Source of the DNA: an uncultured Propylenella sp.
GTDB lineage: Bacteria; Pseudomonadota; Alphaproteobacteria; Rhizobiales; Afifellaceae
Assembly (NCBI GenBank): GCA_964440525.1
Contig: CAYTTC010000005.1
Span: 22,594-86,593, forward strand
DNA: 64,000 nucleotides
Direction of reading: 5' to 3'
Below are positions 9,764 to 18,779 of the stretch, piece by piece. The translations under genes were made by a program, and so were the position numbers. The notes under the pieces were generated by a model that saw only the letters and a program-made list of their open reading frames with translations, made no database searches and was not told the origin of the DNA. Positions within the stretch are counted from its first letter, which is position 1. Every line of letters starts with the position of its first letter.

Positions 9764-11211
9764 CAGGCAAGCTCCAGCACGCGGGTTGCCGGTCGCGCGC
9801 CGCCCGCATTTTCCAGGTGGAAACGCCGCAGCAGATTCTGCGCAGCCTTCAGCCTATAGGCGGCGGAGGCGCGCATGTCGGTGAGCGGGGTGAAATCCTC
9901 GGCGAGCGCCGCGATGGCGCGCGCGACGGCCGCCTCATCGAAGGCGCTGCCAATCAGCGCTGCCTCGGCCGCGAACGCGCGCTTCGGCGTCGCCGCCATG
10001 CCGCCAAAGGCGATCCGTGGCTCGCTCACCTTGCCGCCATCAAGCTTCACCGAGAACGCGCCCATGACGGCGGAAATGTCCTGGTCGAAGCGTTTCGAAA
10101 GTTTGTAGCAGGCGAAGCGACAATCGGATGGCAGCGCCGGCACAAACACGCTTTCGACAAATTCGCCCGGCGCCCGGTCCTGCTTGCCATAGGCGATGAA
10201 GAAATCTTCCAGCGGAATTTCTCGCCGCTCGACGCCGTGGCGGAGCGTCAGCCGCGCGTCGAGTGCAATCAGCGCCGGCGGCAAGTCGCCGATCGGCGAG
10301 CCGTTGGCGATGTTGCCCCCAACGGTCCCGGCATTGCGAATCTGGATCGAGGCGAAACGGCGCAGAAGCTCGCCGAGATCAGGGTGCAGGCGCGCCAGCG
10401 CCGCCGTCGCGTCGCGATGGCTGAGCGTGGCGCCGAGAGTGAGCCCTTCCTCGGATTCATCGACGGCGGAAAGGTCTCTTACGCGCGTGACATCGATCAA
10501 GGTCTTCACGCGCCGATGCTGCTTGGTGACCCAGAGCCCGACGTCAGTCGCACCGGCGACCAGCACTGCGTCGGGATACTCCAGATAAATTTCGGCGAGC
10601 TCGTCGGCCGAGCGCGGCGCGAAGACCTGGGCCTCGCCATGCGTGAGATGCAGCATGGCGCCCTCGGAGAGCTTATCGAGCCGCTTCGCCGTCCGCGCGG
10701 AAGCGGCGGGGTTGGGGCCCGGCGCCTCGCCGGCCTCCAACCCCGCATCGATGATCGGGCCATAGCCGGTGCAGCGGCATAGATTGCCGGCGATCCAGTC
10801 CTTGACCCTCTGCCGGCCGGTCAGCTCGCCCTCGAGCCAGCCGGCATAGAGCTGCATGACGAAGCCCGGCGTGCAAAAACCGCATTGCGAGCCGTGATGC
10901 TCGACCAGCGCCTGCTGCACCGGATGCAGCTTCCCGTCCGGCGCCCTCAGGTCCTCGACCGTCGTGAGCTGCCGTCCGTGCAGCACCGGCACGAACTGGA
11001 TGCAGGAATTGACCGCGCGATGCTTCAGGCCGCCCTCTCCGTCGAGCTCGGAGATGACGACGGTGCAGGCGCCGCAGTCACCCTCGGCACAGCCCTCCTT
11101 GGTGCCCATGCGGCGTTCGTGCCGGCGCAGATATTCGAGCACCGTCAGCGTCGGCGAGACGCCGTCGAGCGTGCGCTCCTCGTCGCCCAGGAGAAAGCGA
11201 ATCGCGGCCAT
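9763..11211 (-). CDS. xdhA: Xanthine dehydrogenase small subunit (2Fe-2S plus FAD-binding)
   Basis: 482-aa ORF with [11 protein letters not shown] and CRCTGY iron-sulfur motifs, then an FAD-binding domain ([14 protein letters not shown]). Confidence 0.9.
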   Translation of the reverse strand: MAAIRFLLGDEERTLDGVSPTLTVLEYLRRHERRMGTKEGCAEGDCGACTVVISELDGEGGLKHRAVNSCIQFVPVLHGRQLTTVEDLRAPDGKLHPVQQALVEHHGSQCGFCTPGFVMQLYAGWLEGELTGRQRVKDWIAGNLCRCTGYGPIIDAGLEAGEAPGPNPAASARTAKRLDKLSEGAMLHLTHGEAQVFAPRSADELAEIYLEYPDAVLVAGATDVGLWVTKQHRRVKTLIDVTRVRDLSAVDESEEGLTLGATLSHRDATAALARLHPDLGELLRRFASIQIRNAGTVGGNIANGSPIGDLPPALIALDARLTLRHGVERREIPLEDFFIAYGKQDRAPGEFVESVFVPALPSDCRFACYKLSKRFDQDISAVMGAFSVKLDGGKVSEPRIAFGGMAATPKRAFAAEAALIGSAFDEAAVARAIAALAEDFTPLTDMRASAAYRLKAAQNLLRRFHLENAGGARPATRVLELA

Positions 11212-11227
11212 CAGTATTCCCGGCCCA

Positions 11228-11578
11228 TCAGCTTCCCCGATAGGTCGAGTAGCCGTAGGGCGAGAGGAGAAGCGGCACGTGATAATGCGCGTCGGGATCG
11301 TCGATGCCGAAGCGGATCACCACCTGGTCGAGAAATTTCGGCGTCGGCAGCGAAAGGCCGAGCCGGTCGAAATAAGCGCCCGCGTCAAAGACGAGCTCGT
11401 ATGTTCCAACGCCCATCGTCTCGCCTTCGAGGAGCGGCGGGTGCACGCGACCCTCCGCGTTGGTGACCCCCGTTGCAATCGCGGTGCCATGCTTGCCTGC
11501 CAGGCGGAGGCTGATTGCCAGTCCGACGGCAGGTTTTCCAAGCGCGGTGTCGAGCACGTGCGTGGTCAGCCGGCCCAA
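11228..11578 (-). CDS. uraH: 5-hydroxyisourate hydrolase (transthyretin-like)
   Basis: 116-aa ORF starting [10 protein letters not shown] and ending with the [18 protein letters not shown] signature. Confidence 0.9.
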   Translation of the reverse strand: MGRLTTHVLDTALGKPAVGLAISLRLAGKHGTAIATGVTNAEGRVHPPLLEGETMGVGTYELVFDAGAYFDRLGLSLPTPKFLDQVVIRFGIDDPDAHYHVPLLLSPYGYSTYRGS

Positions 11579-11743
11579 TTGTCGCTCCCGATCAAGATAT
11601 GGTTCTTCCCGTAACGCATTTCAGCATAATGCCGTGTGAGCGCGCCCGGAGCAAAGCCTCCGGCCAGCACTCTGCCGTAGCCAAGGAGCGGAACGATGGC
11701 TCGAGCACCTGGTTCGAGGCGGTTCGACCCACCGCCTCGCAAT

Positions 11744-12232
11744 ATGGGGCGGGCTGAATTCGTCGGCAAATTCGGCGGAGTCTACGAGCATTTTCCGGAG
11801 ATCGCCGAGCGCGCCTGGGAAAAAGGCCTGACCGACGCCACCGGGACGCCCGAAGGCCTCGCCGCCGCGCTCGCCGAAATCGCCGCTTCGCTCGACCAGG
11901 CGTCGAAGCTAAGACTCATCCGCAATCACCCGGACCTCGCCGGTCGGGCGGCTATCGCGGGCAAGCTGACGGCGGCCTCCAAGTCCGAGCAGGCGGGCGC
12001 CGGGCTCGACCAATGCTCGCCCGAGGAATTTTCGTGTTTCCAAGCACTGAACGAGACTTACAAGCAAAAGTTCGAGTTTCCGTTCATCCTGGCGGTGGCC
12101 GGAAAGAACCGCCACGACATCCTCGCCGCCTTCGAGTCGCGGATCGGAAACGACTGCGAGACGGAGTTCCGCACAGCGCTCGCCGAAATTGACAAGATCG
12201 CGCGCATCCGACTGGAAGCGCTGGCGGGGTGA
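11744..12232 (+). CDS. uraD: OHCU decarboxylase
   Basis: ORF with GGVYEHFPEIAERAW, NHPDLAG and FPFILAVAGK motifs. ATG at 11744 is preferred over 11696. Divergent from uraH. Confidence 0.8.
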   Translation: MGRAEFVGKFGGVYEHFPEIAERAWEKGLTDATGTPEGLAAALAEIAASLDQASKLRLIRNHPDLAGRAAIAGKLTAASKSEQAGAGLDQCSPEEFSCFQALNETYKQKFEFPFILAVAGKNRHDILAAFESRIGNDCETEFRTALAEIDKIARIRLEALAG

Positions 12233-12391
12233 CCGCCGTCGGAGTTTTCGCTGCGGCGTCGCGTGTCGCATTCTGCGTGGCGCAATCCTGGGTCTGCGGC
12301 CGATAAGCACGGCTTGGGGATCGCACATTTGAGCCGTTGACCGGGCATGGCGCTCCGGGTTCGGATGGCGCCAGGTTTCTCGCGAGGCTCG

Positions 12392-13651
12392 ATGGCTGAA
12401 TATTCGATCTTTTCGGTGCTCCGCCATGGCCTCTCCGGCAACAAAGGCTGGCGGCCGACCTGGCGGAAGGCGGAGCCGAAGCCGTCCTATGACGTGATCG
12501 TCGTGGGCGGTGGCGGCCATGGTCTCGCCACCGCCTTCTATCTCGCCAAGGAGCACGGCATCCGCGACGTCGCGGTGGTGGAGCGCGGCTGGCTTGGCCA
12601 GGGCAATGTTGGGCGGAATACGACGATCGTCCGCTCCAACTACCTGCTCGACGAAAACCAGAAATTCTACGAGTGGAGCATGAAACTCTGGGAAGGGCTC
12701 AGCCACGTCCTCGACTACAACGTGATGTTTTCGCAGCGCGGCGTCTTGAACCTCGCGAACTCGCCCACCCAGCTCGACCAGTACGCCCAGCGCGGCAACG
12801 GCATGCGCCTGAACGGCATCGACGCCGAGCTGTTGATGCCGGAGGACATCGCCAAGCTCTGCCCCGGCCTCGATCTTAGCGCCTCCGCGCGCTTTCCGGT
12901 CGTGGGCGGCCTCTTCCAGCCCCGCGGCGGTACCGCTCGGCACGACGCCGTCGCCTGGGGCTATGCGCACGCCGCCGACCGGCTCGGCGTCGACATCATC
13001 GAGAATTGCGAAGTGACCGGTTTTCTCCAGGAGCGCGGGCGCGTGGTCGGCGTCACCACGAGTCGCGGCACGATCCGCGCGCCGAAGATCGGCGTGGCGG
13101 TCGCCGGGATGACCTCGGAGGTGATGCGAAAAGCCGGCATCGAAAAGCTGCCCATCGAAAGCCACGTGCTGCAGGCCTTCGTCACCGAGCCGCTGAAGCC
13201 GCTCATCAACTGCGTCGTCACCTTCGGCGCCGGCCACATGTACGTCTCGCAGTCCGACAAGGGCGGCCTCGTCTACGGCGGCAACCTCGACTACTACAAT
13301 TCCTACGCCCAGCGCGGGAACCTGCCGATCGTGCACGAGGTGGCGGCGGAGCTTCTCGCCGTCTTCCCGAATGTCGGCAAAGTGAGGCTCGTCAGGAGCT
13401 GGGGCGGTCTCGTCGACATGTCGATGGATGGGAGCCCGATCATCACGCCGGGACCGCTGCCTGGCATGTATCTGAATGCCGGCTGGAACTACGGTGGCTT
13501 CAAGGCGACGCCGGCTTCCGGCTGGTGCTTTGCATGGACGATCGCCAGCGACGCGCCGCACGCCTTGAACGCGCCGTTCACGCTCGAACGCTATCACCAG
13601 GGCCGGCCGATCGACGAACGGGGCTCCGGCCCGACGCCGCGGCTGCACTGA
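12392..13651 (+). CDS. soxB: Sarcosine oxidase beta subunit (operon 1)
   Basis: [22 protein letters not shown] dinucleotide fold and GGTARHDAVAWGY (region of the FMN-linked His). The start MAEYSIFS at 12392 matches SoxB N-termini; the ORF track extends to 12347. Confidence 0.9.
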   Translation: MAEYSIFSVLRHGLSGNKGWRPTWRKAEPKPSYDVIVVGGGGHGLATAFYLAKEHGIRDVAVVERGWLGQGNVGRNTTIVRSNYLLDENQKFYEWSMKLWEGLSHVLDYNVMFSQRGVLNLANSPTQLDQYAQRGNGMRLNGIDAELLMPEDIAKLCPGLDLSASARFPVVGGLFQPRGGTARHDAVAWGYAHAADRLGVDIIENCEVTGFLQERGRVVGVTTSRGTIRAPKIGVAVAGMTSEVMRKAGIEKLPIESHVLQAFVTEPLKPLINCVVTFGAGHMYVSQSDKGGLVYGGNLDYYNSYAQRGNLPIVHEVAAELLAVFPNVGKVRLVRSWGGLVDMSMDGSPIITPGPLPGMYLNAGWNYGGFKATPASGWCFAWTIASDAPHALNAPFTLERYHQGRPIDERGSGPTPRLH

Positions 13652-13926
13652 TGCTGATCCCCTGCCCCATCTGCGGCCAGCGCGATCAGAGCGAGTTCAC
13701 CTATGGCGGTGACGCGACCACCGTCAGGCCCGAGATCTCCGACGGCGATGCCGCGCGCTGGGCGGCCTACGTCTACGATCGCGCCAATCCGCGCGGGCCG
13801 CACCAGGAATATTGGCATCACGTGCATGGCTGCCGGTCGTGGCTTGTGGTGGCGCGCAACACCGAGACGCACGACGTCTCCGGCGCGCGGCTGATTGGCC
13901 CCTGGGCCAGCAGGGTGAGCGACTGA
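13651..13926 (+). CDS. soxD: Sarcosine oxidase delta subunit (operon 1)
   Basis: 91 aa with MLIPCPICGQRD...HVHGCRSW zinc-type motif. TGATG overlap with soxB and TGATG overlap with soxA. Hidden inside a longer out-of-context ORF (13006..13926). Confidence 0.85.
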   Translation: MLIPCPICGQRDQSEFTYGGDATTVRPEISDGDAARWAAYVYDRANPRGPHQEYWHHVHGCRSWLVVARNTETHDVSGARLIGPWASRVSD

Positions 13927-16913
13927 TGCCCGGCACCCGCCTGCCGCGCGGCGGCACCCGCATCGACAGGACGCTGCCGCTCGCCTTCACCTTCGATGGC
14001 GCTTCGGTCCACGGCTTCGCCGGCGACACGATCGCGTCCGCACTGATCGCGTCCGGCCGAACGCTCGTCGCGCGCTCGTTCAAATATCACCGCCCGCGCG
14101 GAATCTATTCCGCCGGCCCGGAGGAGCCGAATGCGCTTGTGAGCCTCGGCGAGGGCCCCGGGACCGAACCGAACACGAAGGCGACGGTCGTCGAGGCTCG
14201 GGACGGCCTCCGCGTCAGGAGCCAGAACGCCTGGCCGTCGCTCGCCGTCGATTTCAGCGCCATCAATGGCCTCTTCGCGCCGTTCTTTGGCGCGGGTTTT
14301 TACTACAAGACGTTCATGGGTCCGGGCCGCGCCGGCTGGATGCTCTACGAGCCGTTCATCCGCCGCGCCGCCGGCCTCGGCAAGGCGAGCTTCGAGCCCG
14401 ATCCGGACCGCTACGACACGGCGCACGCCTTCTGCGACGTGCTGGTCGTCGGCGGTGGGCCCGCGGGCCTTTCGGCGGCGCTCGCCGCGGGGGGCGCCGG
14501 CGCCCGCGTGATCCTCTGCGAAGAGAGTCCCGTGCTCGGCGGTGGGCTCGATCTGGAAGAGCGGATAGGGGACGGTGACCCGGCGGACTGGCTTTTCACT
14601 ACGCAATCGGCGTTGAACGGTCTCGCCAACGCTCGCACGCTCACGCGGACCAGCGTCTACGGCTATTACGACGACAACGTGCTCGGCGCGGTCGAGCAGG
14701 TCTCGGACGCCGCCGACAGGGCCCGCCAGCGCCACTGGCGGATCGCGGCGCGGCATGTCGTGCTCGCCACCGGCGCGATCGAGCGCCCCTTCGTTTTTCC
14801 CGGCAACGACACGCCGGGCGTCATGCTGGCCGGCGCCGCGCTCGCCTATGCGCGGCGCTACGGCGTCGCCGTCGGCGGCGACGTAGTGCTCTTCACCAAC
14901 CACGATGGCGGATGGCAGAGCGCTGTCGCTCTCTCGCGGGCGGGCGTGCCGGTCCGCGCCGTCGTCGATCCGCGGCCGCGTGCGCCAGCGAGCGCCGCGA
15001 GCGAGCTCAGCGAGACAGGAACGGAATGCCTGCCCGGCCATGTCGTCACGGCGGCGCGCGGCGGTAAGACTCTGAAGTCAGTCAGGGTCGAAGTTTTCGA
15101 TGCCGCGGCTGGCCGCGTTTCCGGCGCAGCGCGCGATCTGAAATGCGACGCTCTTGGTGTTGCCGCGGGCTGGGTCCCGCTCGTCCATCTTGCCAGCCAA
15201 GCCGGCGGTCCGCCGATCTATTCGGACTCGATCCATGCCTTCGTGCCGGGCGAGCCGCGCGAGCGGTGGATCGCAGCCGGCGCCATCCGCGGCACGTTCG
15301 ACGCTGAGGAAGCCGCGGCCGAAGGCGCGCGGGCCGGCGCCGTCGCGGCAAAAGCGCTTGGATTCAAGGCTTTATCTGACGACGCTCAGGGGTCTGACGA
15401 AGCGTCGCGAGGCGTGGAGCGACCTCACGGCGATATGCTGCCGCTCTTCGAGATCCCCGCAAAGGGTAAGGCCTTCGTCGACCTGCAGAACGACGTGACG
15501 GCGGCGGATGTGCGGCTCGCGCGGCAGGAAGGGTTCGAATCCGTCGAGCATCTGAAGCGCTACACCACGCTCGGCATGGCCGCCGACCAGGGCAAGACCT
15601 CGAACCTGAACGGCCTCGCCATCCTCGCCAAGGCGCGTGGTCTCGCCATCCCCGCCGTGGGCACGACGCGCTTCCGTCCACCCTACAATCCGGTCAGCCT
15701 CGGCGCGCTCGTCGGGCGTGCGCGTGGCGGACATTTGGCGCCACTTCGCCGCACTCCGCTGCACGACTGGCACGTGAAGGCCGGCGGAGAGATGATGAAT
15801 GTCGGGCCCTGGCAGCGGCCGCGCGCCTACGCGAAGGATGGCGAGACGCTGCAACAAGCCTACATCCGTGAGGCGCGGGCGGTACGTGCCTCCGTCGGCA
15901 TCACCGATGTCTCGACCCTCGGCAAGATCGACGTTCAGGGCCGGGACGCGGCGACCTTTCTCGACCGCGTCTACACCAACACCTTCTCCACGCTCCCGGT
16001 CGGCAAGGCGCGCTATGGACTGATGCTCCGCGACGACGGCTTTCTCTACGACGACGGCACCACCTGGCGGCTCGGAGACAACCGCTACCTGATGACGACG
16101 ACGACGGCCAACGGAGCGCTCGTCTATCAGAATCTGGAGATGCTGCTCGCCATCGCGTGGCCGGAGCTGAAAGTCTCGCTCGCCTCGCTGACCGACCAAT
16201 GGGCGGGCGCCGCCGTCGCCGGACCGAACAGCCGCGCGCTCCTCGCCAAAGCGCTCGACGACGTCGACCTGAGCGATGCAGCCCTCCCCTTCATGGGCGT
16301 GAAGGCGGGACATCTCGGGGGGATCGCGGTGCTCGTCGCGCGGCTCTCCTTCTCCGGCGAGCGCGCCTACGAGGTGTATTGCGGCTCCGACCATGCGCTC
16401 GCCGTCTGGGAACGGTTGCTTGCGGCGGGAAGCGAGTTTTCAGTGGTGCCCTACGGGCTGGAGGCGCTCGGCGTGCTCCGCATCGAGAAGGGCCATGTCA
16501 CCGGCGCGGAGATCGACGGGCGCACCAGCGTCCACGATCTCGGACTCGAAAAGATGTTTTCGATGAAGAAGGATTTCGTCGGCAAGCCGCTCGCGCTCCG
16601 GCCCGCGCTGACCGATCCCAACCGTAAGCAGCTCGTCGGCGTCAAGACGCTCGACGGCAAGCCAATCGCTTCCGGCGCGCATCTCGTCGGCGGCGCCGAG
16701 GCAAAGGAGCCGGGCCGCAGCCAGGGCCACGTCACTGCGATGTGCTACAGCCCGGCGCTCGAGACCTATATTGCCCTGGCGCTGCTGGAGCGCGGGCGGG
16801 CGCGGCATGGCGAGACGCTTTACGCCGCCGATCCGCTGCGCGGTGCGCATGGTCCGGTGGAGATCGTGGATCCGTGCTTCGTCGACAAGGACGGGAGCCG
16901 CATGCATGGCTGA
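13926..16913 (+). CDS. soxA: Sarcosine oxidase alpha subunit (operon 1)
   Basis: About 995 aa starting MPGTRLPRGGTRIDR. Has the FKYHRPRG motif, a VVGGGPAGLSAAL NAD fold and a C-terminal GcvT-like folate domain. Confidence 0.9.
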   Translation: MPGTRLPRGGTRIDRTLPLAFTFDGASVHGFAGDTIASALIASGRTLVARSFKYHRPRGIYSAGPEEPNALVSLGEGPGTEPNTKATVVEARDGLRVRSQNAWPSLAVDFSAINGLFAPFFGAGFYYKTFMGPGRAGWMLYEPFIRRAAGLGKASFEPDPDRYDTAHAFCDVLVVGGGPAGLSAALAAGGAGARVILCEESPVLGGGLDLEERIGDGDPADWLFTTQSALNGLANARTLTRTSVYGYYDDNVLGAVEQVSDAADRARQRHWRIAARHVVLATGAIERPFVFPGNDTPGVMLAGAALAYARRYGVAVGGDVVLFTNHDGGWQSAVALSRAGVPVRAVVDPRPRAPASAASELSETGTECLPGHVVTAARGGKTLKSVRVEVFDAAAGRVSGAARDLKCDALGVAAGWVPLVHLASQAGGPPIYSDSIHAFVPGEPRERWIAAGAIRGTFDAEEAAAEGARAGAVAAKALGFKALSDDAQGSDEASRGVERPHGDMLPLFEIPAKGKAFVDLQNDVTAADVRLARQEGFESVEHLKRYTTLGMAADQGKTSNLNGLAILAKARGLAIPAVGTTRFRPPYNPVSLGALVGRARGGHLAPLRRTPLHDWHVKAGGEMMNVGPWQRPRAYAKDGETLQQAYIREARAVRASVGITDVSTLGKIDVQGRDAATFLDRVYTNTFSTLPVGKARYGLMLRDDGFLYDDGTTWRLGDNRYLMTTTTANGALVYQNLEMLLAIAWPELKVSLASLTDQWAGAAVAGPNSRALLAKALDDVDLSDAALPFMGVKAGHLGGIAVLVARLSFSGERAYEVYCGSDHALAVWERLLAAGSEFSVVPYGLEALGVLRIEKGHVTGAEIDGRTSVHDLGLEKMFSMKKDFVGKPLALRPALTDPNRKQLVGVKTLDGKPIASGAHLVGGAEAKEPGRSQGHVTAMCYSPALETYIALALLERGRARHGETLYAADPLRGAHGPVEIVDPCFVDKDGSRMHG

Positions 16914-17481
16914 ACGCCTCTCCGCCCTCGCGCATCATTCGGCAACCGCGGCCGGCGACGCTCGCGTCAGTCTTTCGGAAGCTCGTCCGGGATCGATCCT
17001 CCAGGTCGAGGCGTGGCCGGACACGCTCGACACCGTTCGCCGTGTCATCGCGGAAATGCTCGGCGTCGGGGCGCCGACGGTCGGGCGGGCGGCCACCGGC
17101 TCCGGCGCCACCGTCGCGGCGATCGCGCCGGGCCGATTTCTCATCGCCGCCGAGGCCGGCGACCTGCTTCAGCGCTTCGAGGCGGCGCTTCCCTCTGGCG
17201 ACGCGGCCGTGGCCGATCTTTCGCACGGCCGCGTCATCCTGAAGCTCGAAGGCGAGGCGGCGGCCGCCGTGCTTTCAACTTCGGTGGCCCTCGATCTCGA
17301 CCCTTCCACCTTTCCCGTCGGGCGCGTCGCGCAGACGATGATCCACCATGTCGACGTGGTCATTCATCGCCGGGCGGAAACATACTTCGAGCTTTGGGTG
17401 CTCAGGAGCTTCGCGGGGGCGCTGGCGGAGTGGTTGCTCGACGCAAGTGCCGAGTCTGGGATCGCATTCGCCAGGACGTAG
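16906..17481 (+). CDS. soxG: Sarcosine oxidase gamma subunit (operon 1)
   Basis: 191 aa starting MAERLSAL, with an 8-nt overlap with soxA. Position and size fit SoxG. Confidence 0.78.
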   Translation: MAERLSALAHHSATAAGDARVSLSEARPGSILQVEAWPDTLDTVRRVIAEMLGVGAPTVGRAATGSGATVAAIAPGRFLIAAEAGDLLQRFEAALPSGDAAVADLSHGRVILKLEGEAAAAVLSTSVALDLDPSTFPVGRVAQTMIHHVDVVIHRRAETYFELWVLRSFAGALAEWLLDASAESGIAFART

Positions 17482-17508
17482 TTCACGCCAGGCGCCGATG
17501 AGCGGTCG

Positions 17509-17799
17509 CTAGACGATGTCCCGAAGATCGCGCGCCCCGTGCACGACGCGGACAATGTCGACCCTATCCTTCCGCAGCCTGTAGAGTACGAGATAGCTTC
17601 CGGCCGACAGGATGCGGATGCCCGGTCCGATGTCGTCGCGTGCCGGGCCGATCGCAGAGTGGTCGGCAAGCATGCTGCATTTCTCTTCGATCGTGTTGAG
17701 GAGCCGGTCAGCGGCGGAGACGCTGTCCCGAGCAATGAAGAGCCAGATTTCGAGTAGGTCGTCGTCGGCTTTTGGATGCCGCCAGACCCGAACGCTCAC
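17509..17799 (-). CDS. parE: ParE-family toxin
   Basis: 96-aa ORF with the pattern ...ADDDLLEIWLFIARDS...A.RLLNTIEEKC..LADHS.IG..R.DI..G.R.L..GSYLVLYR...D.V.IVRVVHGARD. 4-nt overlap with the upstream antitoxin. Confidence 0.8.
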   Translation of the reverse strand: MSVRVWRHPKADDDLLEIWLFIARDSVSAADRLLNTIEEKCSMLADHSAIGPARDDIGPGIRILSAGSYLVLYRLRKDRVDIVRVVHGARDLRDIV

Positions 17800-18080
17800 C
17801 CCTTCGCTCTTTTTTGGCTCGCGTTGAGCCTGCGGCGACCCTCACGTTTGATGGATTCAATGTCGAGCGGCGCAGCCGGGCCACTTGCGATCCCCTCATC
17901 CCAGAGCCGCCGCAGCTCGGCGATCGACTCGCGCTTTCGCTCGCGCCGCTCCTTCCAGTCGCGAAGCGCCTCGCGAATGACTTCGCTTGTCGAAGCGTAG
18001 TCGCCGGCAGAGACCGCGTCCTGGACGAGATCGCGGAGTTCGGGTGTCAGCGCGACGCTAACTTTCGCAACGCCAGCCAT
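17796..18080 (-). CDS. parD: ParD/CopG-type antitoxin
   Basis: MAGVAKVSVALTPELRDLVQDAVSAGDYASTSEVIREALRDW ribbon-helix-helix pattern. ATG at 18080 is preceded by GGAGA; the ORF track start at 18134 is likely too long. Confidence 0.75.
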   Translation of the reverse strand: MAGVAKVSVALTPELRDLVQDAVSAGDYASTSEVIREALRDWKERRERKRESIAELRRLWDEGIASGPAAPLDIESIKREGRRRLNASQKRAKG

Positions 18081-18143
18081 CAGGGATTCTCCATTCTGGT
18101 AGGAAGAAGTAGGACTGACCTCAGGCCACCGCAAGGCCGAAAA

Positions 18144-18779
18144 TCAATCTGCGATAGTCAGCCTCTCGCCCTTCATCGGCACCTGCTCTGGCACGCCCCA
18201 TTCGCGCCCGGCATCGGCGACGAGGCACCAGAGATAGTCGGCCATCGACCAGCGGATGAAGAGGCGAAAGACCGGCCCGCCTACCTCCGTATCATCGCCC
18301 TTTTGCCAGATCATGGCGTTGGCGCGGCCAAAGATCGATCCCGTCACCATGCCCGCCTTGAAGGCGCGTGAATGCAAATCGAGCGGCGTCAGCTTCATCA
18401 ATGCCTCGCGCGCTTTCGGCCCGGCAACCTCGATGATCGTGTAGTAGTCGCCAACGTCGACGAGCTGATGATGCATTCCCGCTAGCGCCGCCCGCGCGGC
18501 AGCCGAACGCTCCGCGGCATCGGCCGGTGCGGTCACCAGCATCCATTCGTCCGGGCCCATCCAGAGAAGCGATGTCGCGCCGAAGGTCGAGCTAGTAAGC
18601 GGATCGAGCGGCAGGCCGAGCCCGAGCGCCCCACGCAGCCGCTCCGCCGCCTCGTGTGGATCGGCGCGGAGGATGAACTTGCCGAGGAACGGCTGTTCCT
18701 CGATGCGGAGGGCGCCTCCCTCGTCCTGGATTGGCGGGCGGTGAAAGAGCGGCGAGCGGCGAACCGGCGCGTCAGCCAT
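18144..18779 (-). CDS. soxG: Sarcosine oxidase gamma subunit (operon 2)
   Basis: Start MADAPVRRSPL at 18779, giving the same 8-nt overlap with soxA as in operon 1. SoxG-like size and position. Confidence 0.78.
   Translation of the reverse strand: MADAPVRRSPLFHRPPIQDEGGALRIEEQPFLGKFILRADPHEAAERLRGALGLGLPLDPLTSSTFGATSLLWMGPDEWMLVTAPADAAERSAAARAALAGMHHQLVDVGDYYTIIEVAGPKAREALMKLTPLDLHSRAFKAGMVTGSIFGRANAMIWQKGDDTEVGGPVFRLFIRWSMADYLWCLVADAGREWGVPEQVPMKGERLTIAD

Noticed and set aside
8279-9859. 526-aa plus-strand ORF. Similar long ORFs occur at 11909..13648(-), 13818..15041(-), 15372..16394(-), 19834..21609(+), 33570..35246(+), 42660..43598(-), 45516..46949(-), 48404..50182(+), 50094..50987(+), 51355..52338(+) and 57004..58398(+).
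   Set aside because: Each lies antisense to, or out of frame with, a gene that has unmistakable family motifs (xdhB, soxB/A, the dimethylglycine-dehydrogenase-like gene, pepN, kinases, glnE). Their translations are Arg/Ala/Gly/Pro-rich and low-complexity, which is typical of shadow ORFs in high-GC DNA.
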